This document shows positions 1 to 8,854 of a stretch of DNA of 62,885 nt, one piece after another. Position 1 is the stretch's first letter. Each line of letters opens with the position of its first letter. Under the pieces are notes generated by a model, which was given only the letters and a program-made list of their open reading frames with translations, searched no databases and was not told the origin of the DNA. Made by a program: the position numbers and the translations under genes. The stretch comes from Candidatus Benthicola marisminoris (GTDB lineage: Bacteria; Gemmatimonadota; Gemmatimonadetes; Palauibacterales; Palauibacteraceae). The stretch is taken from NCBI GenBank assembly GCA_023554335.1, contig JAMJQR010000081.1, positions 1 through 62,885 on the forward strand. Reading direction: 5' to 3'.

Positions 1-654
1 GAGCTGAGACGAGAGCTCGGGGATCTCCTGCTGAACGTGGCGTTCCAGATCGTGCTGGCGGAGGAGCGGGGAGCCTTCGACGCCGAGGGCGTAGTGCGCG
101 GGCTGGAGGACAAGATGCGGCAGCGTCATCCGCATGTGTACGGCGATGCCACCGAAGCTCCGGACTGGGAGCGCATGAAGGCCGAGCAGCGAGAGCGCGA
201 GAACCCGTCCGCGGAGCGCCCCGAGGAGACCCCGGACCCGTTCGACGGGCTTCCCGCAGGCCTGGAGCCCCTGAGCCGGTCTCTGCGTATGCAGGACCGG
301 GCTGCCGGTCTGAACTTCGACTGGCCCAGCGTGTGGGGAGCACTGGACAAGCTGGAGGAGGAAGTCGGGGAGCTGCGGCGCTCACTCGAGGACGCGGACG
401 GTCCTGCGGACTCCTCGGGCACAGCGGTGGAAGATGAGCTGGGCGACCTGCTTTTCGCCGCGGTGAACGTGGCTCGTCTGGCCGGAATTCACCCCCGCGG
501 GGCGCTGGAGCGCGCGTCGGCCAAGTTCTCGAGCCGCTTCAGAGCTTTGCTGGAACTGGCTGATCGCGAGGGCCTCGACACTCGGCATGCCAGTCTCGAG
601 GAGCTCGATGTGTTGTGGGAGCGCGTAAAGGCGGCCGGAATCAGCCGCCCGTGA
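1..654 (+). CDS. mazG: MazG-family nucleoside triphosphate pyrophosphohydrolase (5' end cut by window edge)
   Basis: Frame 1 is open from nt 1 (ELRRELGDLLLNVAFQIVLAEE...) into ORF 37..654. MazG-type acidic helices are present (ELGDLLLNV; EEVGELRRSLED; EDELGDLLFAAVNVARLAGI), typical of tandem-domain MazG. Confidence 0.8.
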   Translation, partial: ELRRELGDLLLNVAFQIVLAEERGAFDAEGVVRGLEDKMRQRHPHVYGDATEAPDWERMKAEQRERENPSAERPEETPDPFDGLPAGLEPLSRSLRMQDRAAGLNFDWPSVWGALDKLEEEVGELRRSLEDADGPADSSGTAVEDELGDLLFAAVNVARLAGIHPRGALERASAKFSSRFRALLELADREGLDTRHASLEELDVLWERVKAAGISRP

Positions 655-922
655 GCTGTTTGACCTGCTTCTGTCCGCTGCGCACGCCTGCCCCGACAAC
701 CACGCCATACACGATCGCCGTGAAGGTCCCGAGAACCGGCAGCAGCGCGACCACGGGTGCCGCGACCAACGCCCCGGCCACTCCGGCGATCCAGGGTGCC
801 GCAGCCTTCTGCGCCGAATCCACGAAGCGCAGCCGGGTCTTAACGAAATCCCGCACCTTGACGTAGCTGATGCCCATGCCGGCCCCGGCCGCCGCCAGCA
901 TCAATGCCGCGATGAGTTCCAT
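641..922 (-). CDS. small hydrophobic membrane protein, unknown function
   Basis: 93-aa ORF with high GC3 and 2-3 predicted TM segments (LIAALMLAAAGAGMGI; WIAGVAGALVAAPVVALLPVLGTFTAIVYGVVVGAG). Its 3' end overlaps the mazG stop region convergently by 14 nt. Confidence 0.5.
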   Translation of the reverse strand: MELIAALMLAAAGAGMGISYVKVRDFVKTRLRFVDSAQKAAAPWIAGVAGALVAAPVVALLPVLGTFTAIVYGVVVGAGVRSGQKQVKQLTGG

Positions 923-995
923 GCTTCCTCCTCTCGCCCCTACGTACGCCAGCCGCCCGCCATTCGTTTCAACACGGGCCGCGGCGTAGCGGGGC

Positions 996-2297
996 TCAGG
1001 GCGTCAGGCGAGTCATCATACGGGGAAACGCGATGACCTCGCGCAAATGCGGGGCCCCGCAGATCCAGGCCACGGTCCGTTCCAGTCCGAGTCCGAAACC
1101 GCTGTGCGGGAAGGTGCCGTAGCGCCGCAGGTCCAGATACCAGTCGTACGCTCTCTCCGGCAGTCCTTCCTCACGGATTCGTGCGAGCAATCGGTCGTAG
1201 TCGTCCTCACGCTGGCTCCCCCCGATGATCTCGCCGTACCCCTCGGGCGCAAGGAGGTCGTTGCACTTAACCGTCCGTGGGTCCTCCGGGTTCTCCTTCA
1301 TGTAGAAGGCCTTGGCCTCGACCGGATAGTCATATACGAACAGCGGCTTCTGGCGCCCCTCCGTGAGCACGGTCTCATGCTCCGCGCCGAGGTCCGCTCC
1401 CCACTCGATATCGGAGCCGCCCGCTCGGAGCGCGTCCACCGCCTCCGTGTAGCTCATCCGATCAAACGGGGGGGCGATCGCCTCGAGGGGGGCCACATCG
1501 CGCTCGAGGATGTCCAGGTCGGACCTTCGCCGCTCGAGTACCCTTTGCACGATGAAGGAAACGAACTCCTCCTGCAGGAGCATGTTGCCCTCGGAGTCGA
1601 GCCACGCGACCTCCGGCTCGACCATCCAGAACTCGGTGAGGTGTCTCCGGGTCTTCGACTTCTCTGCCCGGAACGTGGGCCCGAAGCAATACACCTTCCC
1701 GAGAGCCGCGGCCGCGGCCTCCACGTAGAGCTGGCCGGTCTGGGCCAGGTACGCCGTGCCGAGGTCGAAGTACTCGGTGCTGAAGAGGGTCCCGGCGGAC
1801 TCGCCGATCGCGCCGGTGAGGATGGGAGAATCCACCAGGACGAAATCGCGGTCGTAGAAGAAGTCCCGGATCGCCTTCACCACCTCGTCGCGGACCCGCA
1901 TGATGGCTGCCTGCCGCCCGTGACGAAGCCACAGGTGGCGGTGGTTCAGCAGGAAGTCTACCCCGTGTTCCTTCGGCTGGATCGGATACTCGTCTGCCGT
2001 GCCGAGGACTTCGAGCGATGAGGCCGTGACCTCGTATCCGCCGGGCGCCCGGTCGTCCTGCCGCACAGACCCCGTTACACGCACGCTCGTCTCGAGGGCC
2101 AGGTCGGCGATGGAATCCCAGGAGTCGTCATCGACCTCGTTGCGAGCGACCACGACCTGGACGGTCCCCGTTCCGTCGCGCAGTCCGAGGAAGGCGATCT
2201 TGCCGCTCGACCTGAACTGCGAGATCCAGCCCAGAAGCGCGGTCTCCTGGCCGGCCTTGGAGGCCAGGTCTCGGACGGAGGTATGGAGGGCATTCAT
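996..2297 (-). CDS. asnS: asparagine--tRNA ligase
   Basis: 433 aa, class IIb aaRS. It has an N-terminal OB fold, FRAEKSKTRRHLTEFWMVEPEVAW (AsnRS-type motif 2 region) and C-terminal GFGLGLERTVAW (motif 3). Confidence 0.9.
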   Translation of the reverse strand: MNALHTSVRDLASKAGQETALLGWISQFRSSGKIAFLGLRDGTGTVQVVVARNEVDDDSWDSIADLALETSVRVTGSVRQDDRAPGGYEVTASSLEVLGTADEYPIQPKEHGVDFLLNHRHLWLRHGRQAAIMRVRDEVVKAIRDFFYDRDFVLVDSPILTGAIGESAGTLFSTEYFDLGTAYLAQTGQLYVEAAAAALGKVYCFGPTFRAEKSKTRRHLTEFWMVEPEVAWLDSEGNMLLQEEFVSFIVQRVLERRRSDLDILERDVAPLEAIAPPFDRMSYTEAVDALRAGGSDIEWGADLGAEHETVLTEGRQKPLFVYDYPVEAKAFYMKENPEDPRTVKCNDLLAPEGYGEIIGGSQREDDYDRLLARIREEGLPERAYDWYLDLRRYGTFPHSGFGLGLERTVAWICGAPHLREVIAFPRMMTRLTP

Positions 2298-2396
2298 CTA
2301 GCGTCGGTTCCGTGACGAGGTCGTGTTCGGGACTGGATCGATACCATGACAAGGCAGTCGCTCGGAGGGTACACAGGAGCCCGGGGCCCGTCAACG

Positions 2397-4475
2397 TCAT
2401 CCGACCGCGTACAGGGCGGCATGGTCCGCGTAGCGTTCCTGAAGGACGCGGGCGAATACGCGGTTCTCGGGAGAACGCAGCTCCGGGTCCGCCTCGACCA
2501 TGCGGCGGGCCCTGTCGCGAGCGTGCTCGAGGAGCTCAGAGTCACGCTCCAGGTCGGCGAACCGGAGTTCCGGCAGTCCGTGTTGCTCTGCTCCGAACAG
2601 ATTCCCCTGTCCGCGCAGGCGCAGGTCCTCGCGCGCGATCTCGAACCCGTCCGTCGTCGCGGCGAACGAGCGAAGGCGCTCGGGCGGGCCCTCTCCGGAA
2701 TAGAACGCGACGCAGTAGCTCTGCTCCGCACCACGACCCACCCGGCCTCGCAGCTGATGCAGCTGGGCGAGCCCGAACCGCTCGGCGTGCTCGATCAACA
2801 TCACCGTCGCGTTGGGCACATCGATCCCGACCTCGATGACGGTCGTAGCGACCAGGACCTGCGTTTCGCCGGCGAGGAACCGGCGCATCACCGAGTCCTT
2901 GTCTGCCGTACCCATCCTCCCGTGCAGGAGGTCCAGCTGGTATTCCGGAAACAGCGCGGACAGGTCTTCGATCGCCCGGGTAGCGGCGGCGGCCTCCACT
3001 GAATCCGATTCGTCGATCAGCGGGTAGACCACATACGCCTGGCGACCGGCCCCAAGCTGCGCCCGCAGGAAGTCGAAGGCGGCGGGGCGATCTCCCGGCC
3101 CGCGGACCCCGGTGATCACCGGACGCCGGCCGGGCGGCATCTCATCGATCACACTCAGATCGAGGTCCCCGTAGACGGCCAGAGCGAGGGAGCGCGGTAT
3201 CGGTGTGGCCGACATCACCAGGGTGTCGGCAGTCCCCCCCGCGTCGCGCAGGGCGCGCCGCTGCTCCACCCCGAAACGATGCTGCTCGTCGATGACCACG
3301 AGGCCGGGATTCTCGAACGTGACACCCTCCTGGATCAGCGCGTGGGTCCCCACGATGATCGGAGCCGTGCCCGAGCGCGCGCCTTCGAGCACTTCGGCTC
3401 TGCGAGCCCCGGTCACGGATCCGGTCAGTAGGGCCGGTTCAAGGTCTGTCGGGGCCAGAAGTCCGGTCAGTGTGCGGAGATGCTGCTCCGCGAGCAGCTC
3501 GGTCGGAGCCATCAGCACGGCCTGCCGGCCGCAGTCGACGGCGCGAACCATAGCCGCCGCCGCGACGACGGTCTTGCCGCATCCCACGTCTCCCTGGAGG
3601 AGGCGGTACATGCGGGCGGGCTTCTCGAGATCGGCTCGGATTTCGGCCCAGACCCGTTTCTGCGCTCCTGTGAGCTCGTACGGGAGTGAATCGATCATCT
3701 GAAGCGTCAATTCGGGATGGGCGTCGAGGGCCTGCCCGGCCTCCCGGCTCCGGTACTGGTACCGGGCGCGCGCGTGCAGTAGCTGAAGGAAGAAGATCTC
3801 CTCGTACGCGAGCCTGCGTGTGGCAGGCGCGATCTGGCTCAGCGATTCGGGCCGGTGGAGCTTCTCCAGCGCCTCTGGAAGCCGCATGAGACCCAATCCG
3901 CGAAGCCAGTCGCGGCCAAATATCTCGGCCTCGGCAACTTCATCGAGAAGTCCATCCAGGTTGGCTTCCACGATGGCGCGGATCTGACGGTGGCTCAGTC
4001 CCTCCGTGGCGCGATAGACCGGGAACACGCGCCCGCTTCCACCATCGTCATCGCCGGCCGAGGCCAGCAGAGTGTGCTCGCGGGGCCTCATCTGGCGACC
4101 GTGGTAGAATCCTACCGTACCGGCCGCGAGAATCAGGTCTCCCTTGCGGATGGAGTTGTCGAGCCACGGCTGTCCGTGCCAGGCGCACTCGATGAGGCCC
4201 GAGTCGTCCTGAAGCACGGCATGGAAGATCCGAAGCCGCTTGCGCGTCGGGATGACGCCTTTCGAGACCACCCGACCGATGATGGTCGCATCGTCGCCCG
4301 GCCTCAGGGTCGCGATCCGCGCGACCGTGGTAGCGTCCTCGTAGCGATGGGGCACGTGCAGCAGGAGGTCGAGCGCGGTTCGGACCCCCAGTCGGGCGAG
4401 CTTCTCCGCCCGCCGCGGGCCCACCCCCTTGAGGTACTGAACCGAGCGCTGGAGATCGCTGGATCGACGGGGCAT
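2397..4475 (-). CDS. recG: ATP-dependent DNA helicase RecG
   Basis: 692 aa. It has an N-terminal wedge/OB region, Walker A GDVGCGKT, DEQHRFG (motif II) and QLHQLRGRVGRG in the C-terminal helicase domain. Confidence 0.93.
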   Translation of the reverse strand: MPRRSSDLQRSVQYLKGVGPRRAEKLARLGVRTALDLLLHVPHRYEDATTVARIATLRPGDDATIIGRVVSKGVIPTRKRLRIFHAVLQDDSGLIECAWHGQPWLDNSIRKGDLILAAGTVGFYHGRQMRPREHTLLASAGDDDGGSGRVFPVYRATEGLSHRQIRAIVEANLDGLLDEVAEAEIFGRDWLRGLGLMRLPEALEKLHRPESLSQIAPATRRLAYEEIFFLQLLHARARYQYRSREAGQALDAHPELTLQMIDSLPYELTGAQKRVWAEIRADLEKPARMYRLLQGDVGCGKTVVAAAAMVRAVDCGRQAVLMAPTELLAEQHLRTLTGLLAPTDLEPALLTGSVTGARRAEVLEGARSGTAPIIVGTHALIQEGVTFENPGLVVIDEQHRFGVEQRRALRDAGGTADTLVMSATPIPRSLALAVYGDLDLSVIDEMPPGRRPVITGVRGPGDRPAAFDFLRAQLGAGRQAYVVYPLIDESDSVEAAAATRAIEDLSALFPEYQLDLLHGRMGTADKDSVMRRFLAGETQVLVATTVIEVGIDVPNATVMLIEHAERFGLAQLHQLRGRVGRGAEQSYCVAFYSGEGPPERLRSFAATTDGFEIAREDLRLRGQGNLFGAEQHGLPELRFADLERDSELLEHARDRARRMVEADPELRSPENRVFARVLQERYADHAALYAVG

Positions 4476-4476
4476 G

Positions 4477-5421
4477 TCAGCCGAGAAGCTTTCCCAGGTA
4501 CGCGTCTGCGTCGAACGGTTGCAGATCGGTCGCCGACTCTCCCGTTCCCAGCCACCGGACTGGCACTCCGAACTGGCGGCTCACGGCCACGGCCGTGCCC
4601 CCCCTCGCCGTGCTGTCGTACTTGGTCAGCGCCACACCGGTCAGCGGCAGGCCTTCGCCGAATTCCTTGACCTGGTTCAGGACGTTCTGACCCGCGGTGG
4701 CATCGACGACGAGGAGTCGTTCGTGTGGCGCTCCATCCACGAGGCGTCCGACCACGCGATCGATCTTTCGCAGCTCCTCCATCAGGTTGGACTGAGTGTG
4801 CAAACGGCCTGCCGTGTCGATGATGAGGACGTCGGCGCCTCGCGCCAGGGCCGATTCGGCGGCATCGAAGGCAACGGACGCCGGATCGCCCCCCGACTGC
4901 CCTCCGACGAATCCCGCCCCCAGGCGGTCTGCCCAGATCCTCAGCTGTTCCTGAGCCCCGCTGCGGAACGTGTCGGTCGCCGCCAGCGTGACGTCGAGCC
5001 CGGCGTCCACGGCGCGCCGGGCCAGCTTCGCGGTCGTGGTGGTCTTTCCCGTGCCGTTGACGCCCAGGACCAGAATCACGTACGGCAGGCCTCCATCTCC
5101 GACTCTGAACTCGGGCTCCTGCGGACCCCCGGCCACATCGGGCTCCTTCAGCATCTCTCGGATCCGGTCGGACAGGAGACCTCGCAAGTCCGCCTCTGTC
5201 TTCACTTTTCCGCGCCTGGCGGCCGATTCCAGCCCCTCGACGAGGTCCATGGTCGCATCTACGCCGAAGTCAGCCTCCAGCAGAATTCGCTCCAGCTCCT
5301 CGATGGAATCGTCGTCAATCCCCTTCACGAGAACCGATACGTCCGTGAGCGATAGATCCACGATCTTCTGCCACAGCGTTCGGCCGCCCTTGGGTCCCCG
5401 CAGGCTCATTCCCTCGCTCAC
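4477..5421 (-). CDS. ftsY: signal recognition particle receptor FtsY (NG domain only)
   Basis: 314 aa with SRP-GTPase motifs GVNGTGKTTT, DTAGRL and TKYDSTARGG. Only 1 nt separates it from the recG start. Confidence 0.93.
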   Translation of the reverse strand: MSEGMSLRGPKGGRTLWQKIVDLSLTDVSVLVKGIDDDSIEELERILLEADFGVDATMDLVEGLESAARRGKVKTEADLRGLLSDRIREMLKEPDVAGGPQEPEFRVGDGGLPYVILVLGVNGTGKTTTTAKLARRAVDAGLDVTLAATDTFRSGAQEQLRIWADRLGAGFVGGQSGGDPASVAFDAAESALARGADVLIIDTAGRLHTQSNLMEELRKIDRVVGRLVDGAPHERLLVVDATAGQNVLNQVKEFGEGLPLTGVALTKYDSTARGGTAVAVSRQFGVPVRWLGTGESATDLQPFDADAYLGKLLG

Positions 5422-5434
5422 TGCGCCTCCCAGT

Positions 5435-7381
5435 TCATCTCAAGCCCGACCTTCTTCTCCAGAGCCACTCCGCACACAGTAGCGCGATCGACAGCGCAAA
5501 CGGCCACACGGGCGGATCGGAGCCGGGCGGGGTCCGCTCCCTCTCCGCATCTGCCGGGTAGACGTCCAGCGGAGTGCCGACGACGACCGGAAGGTCTTCC
5601 CGCGACACACCGACGTAGAACGGCACTTCGAGCTGGAACGGCTCATCGCCCGAAAGGCCTTTGGCCGTGAAACGAGCGTCACCGGCTCCCAGCGGCGGAC
5701 CGCTGACCGATCGTACGCTTCCCGAGGTCTCGCTGGCCCAGAGCGCGGTCCCCGAGGCGTCTTCGACACGTACGTGAAGATCGCGCACTCCCGGCGCGGC
5801 GCGCCACCGGAGTGAGTCGCCGGCTCGTGGCGAGCGGTCAGCAAGCTCGACCGGAATATCAGCCCGGCGCTCGCCCAACCACCGGGCGATTCCCGCGTAC
5901 AATCCTCGATACAGGGAGAGACCTTCTCCGCCTCTTGCCGCCCAGCGCCACCCTCCCTCCGCCAACACCGCAGCCCTGCGACGTTCCCCCTCCGTGACGA
6001 GCAAGACGATGGGACGAGTGGATCCCTGCCGGCCCAGGCGAGCCTCCAGGACCGACGTTCCACCGGCGCCCACCACCCCGCGAAAGACGGAGAAGGGCGG
6101 TAGACCGGCGGCCGAGGCCCCCAACAGATGAGCGGATACGGGGCCCGCAGGAGCAGGCGTCTCCGCGTACCAATCCCCCGCCAGCACTCCTTCAACGGTC
6201 AGCCCGGTACCGGCGAGCGCGCCCGATCCGCGCGCCAGGTGCATCACCGCCGGGCTTCTCGCTGCCAGGGAGCGGAGCCAGGGAGGCACTGCGGCTGGAT
6301 CGCCCTGCACCACGAGCATCGAGGCCGCGTTGGCGGCTGCACGGACGCGAGCTTCGGAGACCCCCCCGGTTGGCCGGGTCCCACCCTCAACCCAGGAGCC
6401 CTGTCCCACCTGGAGGAAGACGCGGCAGCCGCCCGGGACGGAGCGATCCAAAACGGGAGCCATGAACCGGGACTCCCAATCCGGATCCAACGAGATCAGC
6501 ACGGCCCCGGTGGGCTCCGGTGTGACGCGGACCCAACTCCTCGCGCTTGCCCCCGGCCCTATTCTCGAGGGTGACGCTTCCACGATCACGTCGAGGGGAC
6601 GCCACTCGGAGGTATCGGCCGCACCCGAAACCGGGATCCGAAAACGAGCGGTGGCGATTCGAGCGTCTGCCGGAGCCACGAGGGCTCTGGCGTCCAGCGA
6701 ATCCTCACCAAGGGCGACGCGGACGCGAAGCGTGTCCCCCGCCCTCCCGACTGCCGTCAGCTCGGCCTCCGCGGTGAGCGAGTCACCCGCGGCCACGGCC
6801 CTCGGAGCTCTGAGGGCCCGGATGGCGAGCCCCTGCTTCTTCTCCGCCACGCGAACCTCGCGCACGTGGACCCCGAGGCGCCGTGCGAGACGCCGCGCTG
6901 CCTCGCGATCCGAAAGCTCACCGTCCGTGAGGATGTACAGCGTGTCCGCCCCAGAGGCCCGCGCGAGCTCGATGGCCTCGACCACACGTGATTCGGGCGC
7001 GGAAGGCGTCACGGAGTCGATCGCACCGCCCGCGATGGCTTCCACCCGGTCGCCGAAGCTCCAGATGCGCACCTGGCGGTCTCCCAGCAGCTCCACCGTC
7101 GCGCGCCGCGCGGCGTCGATGCGCGAGTCTGCAGCTCCACTCCTCACCGGCCGCCGCATGCTCGAGGATACGTCCAGCAGGATGGCGGCGCGCGGCCTCG
7201 AGCGCTCGGAGTCCGCGAAACCAGGCAGCCATGGGGCAGACAGGAGAAAGAAGAGCGCGAGACCCCTGAGCAGCGCCGCGAGGCCTCGACCGCGGACGCG
7301 CTCCTCACGCCTGCCGTACCACCACGCCGTGGCGGCGATCGACACCGCGGCTGCCGCGGCGAGCCAGAGCCACGCGCTCAT
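5435..7381 (-). CDS. membrane protein with N-terminal double-TM segment and VWA-like domain (BatA-like)
   Basis: 648 aa. It has two N-terminal TM helices, a MIDAS-like ILLDVSSSM ... ILTDGE, a long unassigned central region, and a C-terminal TM WPFALSIALLCAEWLW. Confidence 0.7.
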   Translation of the reverse strand: MSAWLWLAAAAAVSIAATAWWYGRREERVRGRGLAALLRGLALFFLLSAPWLPGFADSERSRPRAAILLDVSSSMRRPVRSGAADSRIDAARRATVELLGDRQVRIWSFGDRVEAIAGGAIDSVTPSAPESRVVEAIELARASGADTLYILTDGELSDREAARRLARRLGVHVREVRVAEKKQGLAIRALRAPRAVAAGDSLTAEAELTAVGRAGDTLRVRVALGEDSLDARALVAPADARIATARFRIPVSGAADTSEWRPLDVIVEASPSRIGPGASARSWVRVTPEPTGAVLISLDPDWESRFMAPVLDRSVPGGCRVFLQVGQGSWVEGGTRPTGGVSEARVRAAANAASMLVVQGDPAAVPPWLRSLAARSPAVMHLARGSGALAGTGLTVEGVLAGDWYAETPAPAGPVSAHLLGASAAGLPPFSVFRGVVGAGGTSVLEARLGRQGSTRPIVLLVTEGERRRAAVLAEGGWRWAARGGEGLSLYRGLYAGIARWLGERRADIPVELADRSPRAGDSLRWRAAPGVRDLHVRVEDASGTALWASETSGSVRSVSGPPLGAGDARFTAKGLSGDEPFQLEVPFYVGVSREDLPVVVGTPLDVYPADAERERTPPGSDPPVWPFALSIALLCAEWLWRRRSGLR

Positions 7382-7472
7382 CGTCTACCCAACGCTTGCC
7401 GGTGTTCCATGCTCAGGCAGTATAGGAGGGGTGCACAGCCGGCGGGAGACGGGAGCGGAGGTGCGATCCTTG

Positions 7473-8822
7473 TCAGTCGGCCACGGAGGGCCCGATTTCG
7501 TCCGAGGGCATCCTGGGGAGAGCGACGACGGACAAGAGGTCGAGGGCCGCATCCCGACCCGCCATGAACTCGGTTCGGTACTGTTCCTCCAGGGCCGGCG
7601 CCGAAGGCAGATTCATCGTAGACGGGTTCCGGTGGGCCCCGTTCTGAAGGAACTCGTAATGCAGATGCGGACCCGTGGACAACCCCGTGGAACCGACCCG
7701 CCCGATGACCTGTCCCTGATCCACTCGAGCTCCCACCCGCATTCCGGCCCCGATCGAGCTCAGGTGGGCGTACCTTGTCTGGATTCCCCGCGTGTGCCGT
7801 ATCTCGACCATTCGTCCGTAGCTACCCCACGTACCGGCCCGCGTGATCGTCCCGGCGGCGGTGGCTTTGACCGGCGTGCCGTGCGGAGCGCCGTAGTCCG
7901 TCCCCCGGTGAGCGCGGTACCGCTTGAGCACGGGGTGGTAACGCCGGTTCGAGAACCCGCTCGTGATGCGGTAGGGCACTGGATAGCGCAGAAACACGCC
8001 CTTCAGCGCCTCTCCATCCACGTCGAAGTACTCTCGCTGGCCCGCCGGTCGCGTGAACGGGATGGCCGACAGCACGTCCCCGCGGTTTCTCAGCTCGATG
8101 GCGAGAAAGCGCCGGCTGCGTAGCGTTCCATCGGGTCGCAGCTCCCGCTCGATGGCCACGCGGAACGCGTCTCCCCGCCTGATGTCCCGGGTGAAGTCCA
8201 CCTTCCAGGCGAACACGTCCGCCAGATCGAACACGTACTCCTGGAACTCGTCCTCTCCAAGCCTGTCCACCTGACCGGAAAGGTTCGCGTACCACAGGCT
8301 CGACTCGATGAGCCCGGCGAGCACTAACGTATCCACCATGATCGGAACGGTCGCCACTTCGCTGGCCCAGCCTTCGGGTCGGACATCCAGCTTCAGCAAC
8401 GAGTCCTCGTTCAACTGCAGGAGGATCCGTTCTGCGGGGCTGTCCGCGGGGCCTGTGAGCTGGAGCACGACGCCCGGTTGGAAGCGGCGCGGGCTCTTGT
8501 ATTGCCGCACGACTTCGATCAGGTCGAAGATCTGTTGAGGCGAAAAGCCATGGCCGTCCAGGACTTCCGCCAGGGTCTCTCCACTGCGCAACGTGTCGTA
8601 CACGCTCTCGGGAGGTGGTGGAGCGGGCACGTACACCGTGCGCACATTCCTCGTATCGGGCCCGGTACGAGATCGGAGCATGGACCACACCCCGAGCCCT
8701 GCGAGAAGGAGAACCCCGACGGCCGCGGCGGGAACCCCATACCGCCTCACGGACGCGAGCGCAGCCCTGCGCGCCTCGCGCTTGCCATGATCGGGTCCTG
8801 GCCTGGCGTCAGTGAATCTCAA
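7473..8822 (-). CDS. M23 family murein DD-endopeptidase (MepM/YebA-like)
   Basis: 449 aa with an N-terminal TM and an OapA/LysM-like segment (LRSGETLAEVLDGHGFSPQQIFDL). The LytM catalytic motifs HRGTDYGAP and GSTGLSTGPHLHYEF are intact. Confidence 0.85.
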   Translation of the reverse strand: MRFTDARPGPDHGKREARRAALASVRRYGVPAAAVGVLLLAGLGVWSMLRSRTGPDTRNVRTVYVPAPPPPESVYDTLRSGETLAEVLDGHGFSPQQIFDLIEVVRQYKSPRRFQPGVVLQLTGPADSPAERILLQLNEDSLLKLDVRPEGWASEVATVPIMVDTLVLAGLIESSLWYANLSGQVDRLGEDEFQEYVFDLADVFAWKVDFTRDIRRGDAFRVAIERELRPDGTLRSRRFLAIELRNRGDVLSAIPFTRPAGQREYFDVDGEALKGVFLRYPVPYRITSGFSNRRYHPVLKRYRAHRGTDYGAPHGTPVKATAAGTITRAGTWGSYGRMVEIRHTRGIQTRYAHLSSIGAGMRVGARVDQGQVIGRVGSTGLSTGPHLHYEFLQNGAHRNPSTMNLPSAPALEEQYRTEFMAGRDAALDLLSVVALPRMPSDEIGPSVAD

Positions 8823-8854
8823 CCGGTCCTTCCCCTTCGTATCGTCTTCCGCGG

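Noticed and set aside
615-866. 83-aa plus-strand ORF overlapping the small membrane-protein gene
   Set aside because: The minus-strand frame (641..922) has a better GC3 pattern and clear hydrophobic helices. The plus-strand frame is low-complexity Thr/Ala/Pro sequence.
6330-8123. 597-aa plus-strand ORF
   Set aside because: It is antisense to the VWA protein and the M23 peptidase, both of which have recognisable motifs. The translation is Arg/Ser/Pro/Ala-rich low-complexity sequence, typical of shadow ORFs in GC-rich DNA.
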